Shown here: in pieces, positions 12,256 to 23,921 of the stretch
Position numbering within the stretch: position 1 is the first letter of the stretch
Layout: each line of letters starts with the position of its first letter
Source: Anthoceros angustus
Lineage: Eukaryota > Plantae > Anthocerotophyta
DNA length: 64,000 bases
Direction of reading: 5' to 3'
Assembly (NCBI GenBank): GCA_010909165.1
Contig: VJWM01000119.1
Location: forward strand, 788,890-852,889
Program-made: the position numbers and the translations under genes
The notes under the pieces: model-generated
Told to the model about the DNA's origin: nothing
The model's input: only the letters and a program-made list of their open reading frames with translations
The model's database searches: none

Positions 12256-13259
12256 GCCCGCACGCATTTTTTGCTTCGATGCGTGGCGGGCGCCTCCAAC
12301 GCTGGGGTCGATCTGCATGCTTATTGCTCCGTAGCGTCCTCGCGATCACCATCCTGCAATCTTCAAAAACCTCTGTGCGGGAAGTTGGCGGGAGGAAGTA
12401 AGAGAATTCGTATCCGGACTCTCGAACTCTTGATGAAAAAGGAGAGGCTCGAGCTTCTGTGGAAATGAAATATGGATGTTTGAACTGCATCAACGGGATT
12501 ACGATAAAGCCTTAACACCTGCTAGTTACGCTAAAACGGCTCTGAAGTAGTAGCAACGGTAGGTTCACTGAACACGGTCATCATTCATTTAACCTCAAAT
12601 GCCTAAAATAGGCCCATTACAAATTCCGATGCATCCACCTCAACTTATGCCATCATTTTCTAAAGCGGTGGCTGCACTCTCATTCAAGGTCCATCGGTCA
12701 ATTCAATATCCTATTCCACTCCCATCATCGCACTTGCATTATGATAAATCATCAATTGTAAATCATCCAACACCACCGTACCACCTTATGTCACATGTCT
12801 ATAATTGTGGGTGTGACTTTGATCTTGATTCAAAGTGCGGTTCTTCCTCGCATGCACAGCTCTTGAAAATTTGCCGATGTTGAAGCGGTGGAAGGAGTTC
12901 TTGAAGTCAAAGGACTTGGATGCTATCGGTCGGGCGAGCGAGATTCCTCCGATATGCAACACTCCACAGCATGCGTCGGTGGCGGGCGTCGCGCAAGCAC
13001 TATTTGCATATTGACATTCCATGGCTTGAGATGTGTATCATTTGAACTACGGCGCATCAAGGTTCTTGAAATGCCATATCAAGGTGTTCAAGATGAAGAG
13101 GAGAACTAGATGAAGGTACGTCGTGCAAACTCGTGCGAAATCGATTGCATTCAAAGGCTCTTGTTAACATGATTCCGGATGTGTGTTATTCGTCTGCGGT
13201 GCACGGCCTCCACCACTTCGCCGCGATAAGCGCATCCATTCCAAAGACACCCTGCTTTC

Positions 13260-15700
13260 AATATGTTGGATTCCATTCACGGAAGTCCTTCTCCGGAGAC
13301 AGCCTCGCCGTACATCCCGACCATCCGCAAGACTACTCCTCCGGAAGTGCTCCACGCAGCACGACACGCCCGTCGGATATGGCCGCTTGTTGGGGTGAAT
13401 GCCAACTCGGTTTGCAGACCGGTTGTATCTAGAAGATACCTGTTTCCACCTGCTGTGGCCCCAGGACGTTCGGTGGAACCTGTTGTGGAGGAAGAGGACT
13501 CGGATGATGCATTTGAACATCCACCTCCAAAGGCGTACATATAATTTGAAGCCGGGTCCGAATCATTTATCGAGCATGGCGAGACCACCACGTAGGCATA
13601 CAGTAGGCAATCTAAAGTGCACGAGATGAAATGTGAAGAGGTTCGTATTACCGTGATTTTCGCAAAACTGTTGTGGTAGACAATGCTTGAGGACAATAGG
13701 GAAGGCAACCTTTGAGATTTGAGGTATCGGTTCCTTAGAATGTGCGGGGGGCGGAGATGCACCTACAATCCCTTTTGATGTCGATTATGAGAGCGATGGA
13801 AGGGTTAGGGTAGACTCGTTTCTTGTCGGACGAGGAAAAGTGTATTGTTGTAGAGAGGCCTTGACGCGTTTATTGTATCGGGTCTGGCAGTGCGAAGAAG
13901 CAGCGAGAGCGATCGGAAACATTGCGTGGTGCCCGCCTGCGTCGGCGACGAATCACATCAGACTCGTGGATGAACCAACTGTTTATGCTTATTGCCGAGA
14001 ATGCCAAACATTGAAGTGTATCACCTTCCGACTCTTACTCAAAAGGCGAGGTGTTTCAAGAATACAAGCAACATATGCGGCCTCAAGATCTGATGTTTCT
14101 CATTCCTACTTTTGTCGACTTTGGGCTACGCACACAAGGTGAAAATTCAAGAGCAATCGGTTTGCCTTGTGCACAACTGCGATTACCTCAAGCGAAATAT
14201 AAAAGCGAGAAAAGCAGAGAAAAACAAGGTGAGGCTTGATGTGAAATTGTGTTTTGGCAATGGTGCGGTGGAGGTAGTGTGCGCTCGGTGGCGCCGTCGC
14301 GGTCGGCGCCTCGGCGATAAATAACGGCCTGGACGGCCGAGGCGTAGTTGTGAAGTCGCGGTCACGGCGCACAGATTTCGGTGTTCCTTCCAGGCGGCGG
14401 TTTATTCCTCAACGTTGTTTGGGTGATTATTTTGCGAAGCATTTGAAGGCGATCGCGAGGCGCAAGTCCGAGAGAGAAAAATGCATCAAGCACCGCGTGA
14501 AATGTTATGGAGACCGGCAAAGTATATCGGGATATCCATCGACGGATGGACCAAGAAGACCGCTTCCACATTTCACGCGTTTACCCAAGGACTGTCGGAT
14601 GTAGGTTTGATCGGCGTCCATGTTGTGGGGTGCATGATTTATAACTACACCATGTCGGAACTCTTCATGGCATACGGAACATCCGAGCGATGCAAACGAC
14701 TATAGCCAATATCCGATGTCATTTCAAATTACGAGGACTACTACCAAAGGTTCTTTATCTTCAACTCGACAATCGCGGGAGAATAAGAATGCGCTATTCG
14801 CACGAATATGTTGGTAGAGCTTAAGGTTTTGAGAAGGTAAAAGTAGGATTCCTCCGGTTGGGCACACTCATGACCAGTTGACGGATGTTTTCGAGGTTTT
14901 CAAGTGCTTGCGAAGGAAGCTTTCGTTGCCCAAAGTGACGGTATTTTGGAGAATGCATATACGCCCAAACCAAAAATTATGGAGGTGAAAGAAGTTCCGG
15001 ACTTAAAGTTTGTGTGGCCAATACCTTATGGTAAGGCTGGCTATAAACAGTTCTTTTGAAAACAGTTGCACAATATATCTTTTCGACATCAGTTCAAAAT
15101 AACCCGAGAAAAGCGAGGTGAGCGGACTTATTCGTGATGAGGGGTAAACAATATTCCAGATGAATCTGGTCACCGGACGAGGGTTTGGAGTTTTGAATAA
15201 TGTCCCATCTACTCCTATTCAAGCTCGTTTGGTTCATTTGGAGGTCCAGTAAAAGCGGTTGCGGAGGGAGAGATCCCGAAGAAGTCTTGCACAATGCGTG
15301 GGAAACTAGAGGAAAACTCGGGACCCATTTGGGCGGTGAGGATATTTGGTGGGAGGAATTCAGGTGAGCAATCACCATCGTGGACAAGATAGCATGTGAG
15401 CATCTTGAGGAATTGAAGACCCCTTGGCAGTAGTGCGATAGAACACATAATGAAGAGTTGCATCGCCTGGTTGTACAGGGTGAGATTTTACAGCATCAAT
15501 CGTTCGCAAGTGCCCGGACATGTATGTTGGAGCGTACCGGCGGGATGATGCGCGGGAACAAGAAAGCTTGAGCGGCGATGTGTTGGAGATACAAAGCAGT
15601 CACATGATTGCGGTGCCTTGTGAGACAGATCCATTACGGCTCGCAAAAGTTCTGGTGGACTTCCAATGTGACGCCCATTCATTAAAGTCCATTGGTGGGT
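13260..15700 (+). pseudogene. Sola-like (Sola1-related/DUF7869-type) DDD transposase, frameshifted, with a probable intron at ~14229-14460
   Basis: Motifs recovered by reading across frames: CCGRQCL; FLVG..VYCCREA..LY; FCRLW..HKVKIQ..C; SEREKCIKHR..KYIGISIDG(MDQ)KKT.LPHF; GVHVVGC; LPKVLYLQLDN..ENKN; KVKVGFLPVGHTHDQ.D.MFSRFS; ISFRHQFKI. The 4-bp TSD fits Sola. Confidence 0.8.
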
Positions 15701-16557
15701 GACTAAATGCACCGCATTTGAAGGCGGTACCTAGAGGAGATGATTTTACGATCACCACCAGCGCGGCTCGTGGTCGCTCTCAACGACGGAGCATGAGGTT
15801 GCGGAAACACGTCGACAAATTGCTTCTTTTCGGACACATTCATCTTGGCATACGGGTTTTCTCTAACAAAGCGAAGCAACTAAATGCAAGGACCCGAACC
15901 ATAATACGGAAAAACATATACGTTTTGCGCTCTGTGCGAGGAGGAAGCTCGGAACATATGGAAGGAAGGGCGCTGCGGATGATGGCGTTGCGAGAAGATG
16001 TTGCATCGGGCGAGGACATTGAAACACTTGATGAACATGGTTCATGGAGTTGATTAGTTAGTTTTTGATTGACCATGGACTCCTACTAGTCTTTGGTGTG
16101 GGAAGGTATGTCGCCGGTGCGACTTCTCAGTGGATAGGTTGTGTGTTCCCCATGGACATAAGCGGCTTAACCAAGTGCAGTATGGGCACACAAAATGACG
16201 GTACAACAAAATTTGCGATTATGTTCCAAATCGGCCAAAACCGTGTCTCTATTCGATGGACCTTATTTTTTAGGACAACACATGATAAGACCGGCTGTCG
16301 ACAAATGTTCAAACGCATCCACGATTCGGTCCCACACTTTTTAAAGTTTTGGAGGAATGAATTCAAAGACAATAATTTTTTGGCCACGTTCTTTTCGGTC
16401 CTGTCGAAAAGTGGATGCCAAATTTCTTCAAAACCCGCAATAACGTACATGGTTTTCTGGGACATGCTTTTTTTTGGATATGATGATGGGAAAGTTTACT
16501 GCCTTTTGCCCAGCAGCCCATTTCAACGGAATCCGCCGATATTGCACAGACTCTGTT

Positions 16558-16740
16558 GAAGCATGAAGTGATTGTCTTGTTGTCAAGAAGTTTGGTCCTG
16601 AGAAAGAACACGTAGATTTGCAAAAATGTTCCCGCAGGTTAATCACAAGAGATAGCACGATTACCTAAGTGCTACTACCAAAGTGCATGCATGCACACAT
16701 ACAGATTGCCTACCCTTCCGCACGGAGATTTTACCATTCC
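16558..16740 (-). pseudogene. Right half of the Sola insertion target; paralog of 28123-28307
   Basis: gaagcatgaagtgattgtcttgttgtcaagaagtttggtcc... matches 28123 onward. Confidence 0.85.
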
Positions 16741-16774
16741 CTCTTCGAAACGGGCCATCTCCGCAAGCCTAGAC

Positions 16775-16950
16775 TGTGAGATGTGAAGAACCTCTTATGG
16801 CAAGAAGGTTCGAGCATAACAAGAGCACGTGAAATGTAAATAAAACTTTTATGGCAAGAAGGTTGGATCATAACAAGAGGGTGTGAAATGTAAAGAAACC
16901 TCTTATGGTAAGAAGATTGGATCATAACAAGAGGGTGTGAAATGTAAAGG
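16775..16950. repeat. ~54-bp tandem repeat x3 upstream of the F-box gene (mirrored at 26221-26361)
   Basis: gtgaaatgtaaagaaacctcttatggcaagaaggttggatcataacaagagg units. Confidence 0.85.
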
Positions 16951-17830
16951 TGGCCACTAAGATCTCAAGTGCCCATGACCAGAATCTAACTGCAAGCCTG
17001 TGAAATATATATGTTGAAGTCGCTATCAAAGTAAGAGGGTTGGAAAAAAGCATGTGGAGAGGCTTGAAAATATAAACTCAAGTTTAAAATAATGTATTCT
17101 ACCCAGAATCTACATACGTTTATTCCAAATTGAGCAATTTGATTATAGCTTTGAGATGTTGTTCTGGAGTTAGGGCACGTTAGACTCCCTTGGGCGAGCT
17201 AGGGCATGTGACTCCCTCGGGCAAGCTAGAAGAAGAAGAAGAAAAATTTTATTTAAGTCCACTAAGGACGAATTTCCGTCATGGGACTAGGGCACATTAC
17301 ACTCCCTCGGGCAAGCTATCTCGTATGTGAGACCATCCATTGTATTGGATTGATTAATCCTAAGATATCATAACTGAATAAATGATAAAATATCTGACCT
17401 TGATAAATCACTTTAAAAAATAGAAAGATAATTCTTTAGAATATTTTATACAAATATACTTATAGTCACTTACAAAAGAATAAGTCAATTTATAAATATG
17501 CAAAGATGAGAAGTCCTATCTACACCAAGTCCCACTCAAAATGAGTTTTAAAATATCGAACTCAAATGCTATCTATATATGCAATGATCTCCATACCAGA
17601 TAACTATCAAATGAATTTTGTTTTGGGTTTTGAGGGCTTTCTTGATATCTTAATCAGGATTCATTACGAAGTTCTTGTGATATTTGGTTCAGCACGATTG
17701 TCAGGTTCTTGGTGATATTTTCGTCAGCATAATTGTTACGTTTGTGGGACAGGTTGTGATAGCTTGATCTGCTAGCAGCATTGTGATTTAGTTGCTGGAG
17801 AAAGCGTGGGTCGATCGGGCAAGGCTGCTA

Positions 17831-19223
17831 ATGCGGTTGTCTAATAGTTATGTGAGAATGCTGAAAAAGATGGCAAGCGTGGGTTCCTGGATAATGATGA
17901 TGCTGAAAAAGATGGCTAGCGTGGGACGTTCTTGGATGGTGATGATGCTAAAAGAGAGGCCAAAATGCCATGGGATGGATGGAGTGGATCCGGATCTGGA
18001 GGTAGAGCTGCCTCACGATGTTGTGGCCTCGATCCAGGCCCGGCTACCGTTGGTGAGCCTGCTGCGATCGCGCGCGGTGTGCAAATCCTGGAATGAGGCT
18101 CTGGCATCGCCGAGGTTGTTGAAGGAGCATCTAGAAGCCCGTGGAGGAGAGCAGGATTATATGTTGTGTGTAGTAGGAAGATGCGACTCCGACCCCATCT
18201 GTTGCATCTATCATCCCTCATCCTGCACAGTCTTTTGCGGCTCACAGCTCTGAGGCCCAAATCCCACGATGGATGCGCCAGTCGCGGACCCGTGCGAGAA
18301 TCGCGGATTTTGCCGGGGGAATTATGGATGCTGGCTGGTCCAAGGGGTCGGCGGCCGGCGGTGTGCTTGTGTCCGTGATGTACACGCTGCTATCAGGGGA
18401 GGGCTTGGTGGTCTCACTGTAGGCAGCAAAATTGGCTCTCTTGGGCACAGGTGCGGCCCTCCCAGCCGGCCTCGCGCTCCACCAGGTATTGGGCGTATTG
18501 ATGGACGCCACGGCGCACTCCTTCAAGCTTGTGGCAGTGGAGGAGAGGTGGGATATGGCTCCGCCTTGTCGTCGGACCTATGTCATGGACTCCGCGCTCG
18601 GGACATGGAGTGTCAACACAACCCGACTCCACGCCCCCAAGTTCGTCAACTTCATGGCCGGGCAGGGAGTGTTTATGGGCACCATGCTCTACTGCATTGC
18701 CACAAGGTGGTGCAATCTCTGCACCTACGACTTGGAGCAGGCCCAATGGGAATGGCTGCAAGTAGACATGCCTCCTGGCTTGGCCATGTTTGACACCAAA
18801 CTTGTCCGCGTGCGGGATCGGTTGCTGTGTGTGACCCAGGATGGGGACCATGAGCAGCAACAACGCCCCGAGGGCTATTCGATTTTGCACATCTTGGAGC
18901 TGGATTTCGGGCGCATGTCCTGGACGGCGGTGGACGCCATGCCCGCTTCCATTGCCGCCGAATTCTGGAAGCCATGCATGAGTTCGTTCACTGGCAGGAT
19001 CGGGCGGGAGGTTGTTAACCGCATCAAGGTCGTGGCGGGTCAAGCCTCTGAGGTGTACATCATGCATGACATGCTGGACAGGATCTTGGCTGTAGATTTG
19101 GGACACACGCCTGCGGTTTGGAGGTGGCTTCCCGCCTACCCATACAACAAGTTTATAAGAGATAAGAGCTTTCACTGCGTGGATCCTTGGTTGGAGCTCG
19201 GCAGCTGGAAGTGTGTAGTTTAG
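17831..19223 (+). pseudogene. F-box (kelch-like C-terminus) gene, disrupted copy
   Basis: F-box motif ELPHDVVASIQARLPLVSLLRSRAVCKSWNE. Colinear with 24224-25564, but with a replaced segment and frameshift at ~18220-18265 and a TAG plus frameshift near 18419-18432. Confidence 0.85.
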
Positions 19224-21452
19224 GAACATGTGTATAATGTCCAATTGTTCGTAGCAATCATTTGTTGGTAGACTACATGAGGTGTCCAATCAGTTTGCAT
19301 CCACTAGCCTCTTGAGAATCAGGCCTAGGGAATTAAGGTTGGCAAGTTATGTAACGTCCTACACTCTAGCCTTCACGTTGCCATTGCCTCTTGGAGACGT
19401 TCAATTCAAAGAGACCAACGTTAGAGCGGCTTCTCGGCATGCCAGCGAAGTGTTTTTCCTTCCTTCTCAACGTATGGTGGGCTCGATACCAGTTAACAAC
19501 TTTATCTACATGTAGTACATGGCACCCTGTTCGCTTCATGTACACGTGCACTACCTAGAAGAGGTGATGTGTGGAAATACTTTTGCTAGCAAACCAGCAA
19601 AGTGCATACTTATAACTTGTTATTATTGTAGTTGTTGGTTCAATCCGAAGGGAACGGCTCGTGCTACTCATTTGTCCAATGCCTTTCTATTCTAACTACG
19701 CTGGATAAAACCACGAAAAATCAAACCCTATTATTGCTTGACCAACCTCGGACTCCAATGCCGCAAGACCAAACCCTAACCTTTCAAACTCCTGCCCGAG
19801 GAAACTCTCAAGACATCGAATAGTTTCCAAAAGCCAGCGGCTCTATTGGACGGCCCATTAGCTGGCGGAGCGAGATTCCTTCTATCCTTCTAGGCATTTT
19901 CTCGACATTGCCCCGGACTTCTCACCAAATCAATCCCGGCTGACAGGACTCGTGAATGCGTGCATACCGCCATATCCCCCTTCTGCCAGAAGAAGTACCG
20001 GGGTGACAACCCTACACGCAGAACTTGGCGGGCACCTCGGCGCACCACTTGCCGGAGGCCCAATCGCCTAAGATTGTAACCCCCCTCCACAAACTCGGTC
20101 CGTCCTAACTGCCTCATACACATCGAGCTGGGCACACTGTCTACCGAAGGGCAAACACTACCGGTTAAGGTCTGGCAAACTTGAACGTTTAGTGACTTGT
20201 CCGCGTCCTTCAACTAGACTTTGCTAGCTCATCCTCCACTCACTTTCCACCGTCTTGGTCTCCTAACCTCCAGCCTTCTCCCTCACTCGCTTGTCGATCT
20301 TGCTTGGTTCAAGACGCCAACATTAACACTTTGGGGCAATGCAACCCAGCCACCGCGCTTCTAGGGTTACCGCTTCCACGTTGGGCAAAGATGCAACTTT
20401 CCAGTCTTTAACTCCACGCCCTCCGTTCCAGCAGCCTTCCGGTCCACGCATTGCCCAAGGCCCTTGCTCCGACGGGGCCGGACCTCGTGCTCCACACAAC
20501 CTGCGCCACCCACCACATATTAGCGGGGCTCGTCTTCAGAGCCCAGGATTCCTTCTCCTATATTAGTCCGCCCGCTCTCTGCGGAGCGAAGAAAAAATTG
20601 CGAACACGGATTCAGACTCAAAAAAGGATAAAATTATAGGGGCGGCAACCTCCCCTCTTATACAGCTCCCAAGGTTGCGCCTTTATGATAACCATAGCTA
20701 GCATTGTCAGGTATGCCCTGGTAGCTAACCTAACTACTGTATTTATCATACACCTACTACTCGCACGGAGGGATACCAGATCACCCCCGCACGTGCCTAC
20801 CTCCGCCGATGGCGGTTGGGGCGTGGGCCCCGGCTAGTCCCCCTTACAGGAGGCTGCGTACCTCTTGCCGGTCCCAAAGGGTTGCCCAAGCGGATTATTC
20901 TTGTTCCCTACCTACCTTCGGGGGCTCGTGCCTCCAACTCTCCAAAATTGGCATTACAAAGGGCTACCTTTTAGAAATGGGTTTAAGTTTAGTTAGAGGA
21001 AACTACAATACTCTTACTATAGCTCAAAGCCCTGTTGTAAGTTTTTTGAACATTTATAACAAGGGTTTCTAACTAGTATGATGTGGCATGGATTTTATAA
21101 GAGGGGGTTTGTTAACATGGCATGTTGGCACGGATTTTACAAGGGGGTTTGTTGACATGGCATGCTTGTTGTACATGACGTTGTTAATTGTGCATAAACT
21201 CTTTTTGATTTAGGAAATTAGAGGGGTTATTTGTTAATAAATCTACATTTTGTTGAATACATAATAACGTGTCATGTTGTTTGTAAAGGATGTTGTAAAT
21301 GGTACTTGTAAAAGACGTTGTAAACCATGTTTGTTGTAGATGTGGTTGTAAATTGTGCAAGACTTGATTTTTTGGAATAATACCATTAATGGGAATATTT
21401 GTGAATAGATTTATTATTTGCTGATATGGCAATTTCATTGCAAATGATGTTG

Positions 21453-21663
<211 letters not shown>

Positions 21664-21867
21664 TTATTATTTGCTGACGTGGTAAGTTCATTGCAAATAT
21701 TGTTGTAAATTGATTTTTCTAATTTATGTTATATTATTGGATTATTAATTTTTATTGAATATTTAATGATGTGGCACATGCATTGTAACTATGGTTGTAA
21801 AATGCAGAAGCCGGATTTTTTCATGAATTATGTTATTATGTGCTAATATCCATGAATAAATATATTA

Positions 21868-22200
21868 TTTGCTGATGTGGCATGTTTGTCGCAAATGCCG
21901 TTGTAAAATTGTGAAAGGGATCTTTTCCTTATTTATATCATTTATGAGGTTATATATTAGTAAGATTGCTAATGTGGCATGCTTGTCGCAAATGCCATTG
22001 TAAAATTGTGGAAGAGATCTTTTCCTTATTTATATCATTTATGAGGTTATATATTAGTAAGATTGCTAATGTGGCATGCTTGTCGCAAATGCCATTGTAA
22101 AATTGTGGAGAGACCTTTTCCTGATTTATGTCATTTATGGGATTATATATTAGTAAAATTGCTGATGTGGCATGTTCATTGCAAATACGTTGTAAAAATT
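21868..22200. repeat. ~97-bp tandem repeat, ~3.4 copies
   Basis: ttgctaatgtggcatgcttgtcgcaaatgccattgtaaaattgtgg... recurring at 21868, 21965, 22062 and ~22158. Confidence 0.9.
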
Positions 22201-22264
22201 TATCGATTTATAAATAGTGCCAGGCGCATTGTAAATATCGTTGTAAGAATTTTCCTAGCCAAGC

Positions 22265-22985
22265 TGTGAAAAACGAGGCGTGCATCTTCCAGTTCGCCAC
22301 ACTTGGCATACTGGTCCACTAGAGAAGCGCCCACAAGTATCTTATTCACATGTCCTCTTTGCACAATCTATGAGTGCAATTGCTTGCCCTTCTGTAAGGC
22401 ACCAACGCTTGTACACGCCTTCAAAAGGCAAGCAAAAGTAACCTCATCAGCCACAATCAGGCCCTCTTCCTGCATTCGTCCATACAAAAATAGCGCCTCT
22501 TGACCAAGCCCTTTCTATCCATACCTAGCAATTAGGGCATTCTAAGTCACCACATCCTTTGGGCTCAGACATTCAAAAACTTGATGCGCATCTTCCAGTT
22601 TGCCACACTTTGCCAACATGTCCACCAGGCAAGTGCCCACAAGTGTGTTATCCGAGTCGAGCTGTCCGCTCTCCACAATCTGTGAGTGCAGCTGCCCACC
22701 CTTATGTAAGGCACTTGCGTTTGCACAGGCCGTCGGAAGGCAAGCAAATGTAACATGGTTGCCCACTATCAGGCCCTCCTTCTCCATTTGTCCGTGCAGA
22801 ACAAGCGCCTCTTGGCCAAGTATATGATTTCCATACCCAACTATTAGGGCCGTCTATGTCACGATGTCCTTTCTGCCTAACCTATCGAAAACCTTGTGTG
22901 CCTCTTCCAATTTACCACATTTTGTGTACATGTCCACCATACAGTTGGCAATAAACAAGTTAGGTGGAATGTCACTTTGCAACAC
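22265..22985 (-). pseudogene. PLS-class PPR protein fragment (about 2.5 PLS triplets, with stops)
   Basis: VTFACLPTACANASALHKGGQLHSQIVES..LVGTCLVDMLAKCGKLEDAHQVF..KDVVT, with flanking repeats of the same type (MYTKCGKLEEA; YAKCGELEDA). Confidence 0.9.
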
Positions 22986-23921
22986 ATCATGCTACATCTT
23001 TCTCATGCTGCACCTTTTTGCTGGATTCCAGGTCCACAACAAATGCACAAGCTTGAAGGGCTTGTCATGCTGGAGATACGGTGTATTGGGATGAGTGGTT
23101 GTAGAGGGGTCATGTATGTAGAGGTAGGATGTATGTAGGACTTCGACATTCAGAAATGTCATGTATCGCTAGCCATGTGGTTTCCAGGTAGGTCGAGTCG
23201 CGGGTTTCGAGTTGAGCAGGTTACCAGGTTACCAGTAGATTTGTTGTATCATAGCAAGGAGATCTGCACGGAAGCTGGTGAGGGTGACGGGACCGAAGTA
23301 CACAATCATGAAGAAGGATGGAAGGCGACGCATGGTGAAAGAGAGCAGCGGAGAGAGAGAGAAAAGCGATCAGGCGCGAGACACAAGAGGAAAGCGTGCT
23401 TGGCTTGAGAATCTCTTCGAGCCAGAGGGAAAGACGAGCTCCTGACCACTGTAACAATTAATGAATGCTGGAAGCTTCATCTTTGAGAATTTGAGCGGGT
23501 GTTAAGGTCTGACATCGCGTTTCAAGTGTGAATTATTGTGGCAATATGCCTGGTTCCTGTTGTGAACTCTCAACTCACCGCATTCGATCGGGCTGATAGA
23601 TGCTGACTGCATTTCGATACCAGTTAACAACTTTGTCTACAGGTGGTTCATGGCACCCTTTTCGCTTCACATACTTGTGCACTCCCCAGAGGAGTTGATA
23701 TAACGACCGAAAATCCAAAAACGTATAGCAAGGCTATACACTGAGAAGGAAGGAAAAGGAAGATGAACACTTTAGTGGCATGCTGAGAAGCCACCCTAAT
23801 GTTGGTCCCTTTGAATTAAACGTCTGCAAGAGGCAATGGTGACGTGAAGGTAGAGTGCAGGATGCTACATAATATGCCAACCTCATTTCCCTATGCCTGA
23901 TTCTTGAGAGGCTAGGAAATC

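Larger units (their letters stand above)
6826..16557. mobile_element. Sola-like DNA transposon (~9.7 kb) carrying a ParB-like + DNA amino-methyltransferase cargo gene
   Basis: Left TIR is AACAGAGTCCGCGCAATATCGGCGGATTC..TTGAAA from 6826. Right TIR (reverse complement ending at 16557) is AACAGAGTCTGTGCAATATCGGCGGATTCCGTTGAAA. TSD GAAG at 6822-6825 and 16558-16561. The paralog at 28123-28126 has a single GAAG. Confidence 0.9.
16750..19513 (+). repeat. Arm A of an inverted segmental duplication (arm B 23922-26389)
   Basis: Promoter, CDS and 3' flank are reverse complements of 23922-26389, e.g. cgggccatctccgcaagc vs gcttgcgaagatggcccg. Confidence 0.9.

Noticed and set aside
6826-12500. Bacterial contamination or prophage as the source of the ParB-MTase
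   Set aside because: It lies inside TIRs with a TSD in plant sequence, alongside a eukaryotic transposase, and shows GT-AG intron candidates.
1-12500. Methyltransferase belonging to the CACTA element
   Set aside because: The CACTA terminus is at 5592, and the cargo is enclosed by separate TIRs starting at 6826.
18414-19289. 291-aa - strand ORF
   Set aside because: Antisense of the F-box coding sequence.
19630-20960. Solo LTR in the F-box spacer
   Set aside because: TG..CA-like borders and composition are suggestive, but no matching TSD or second copy was found.
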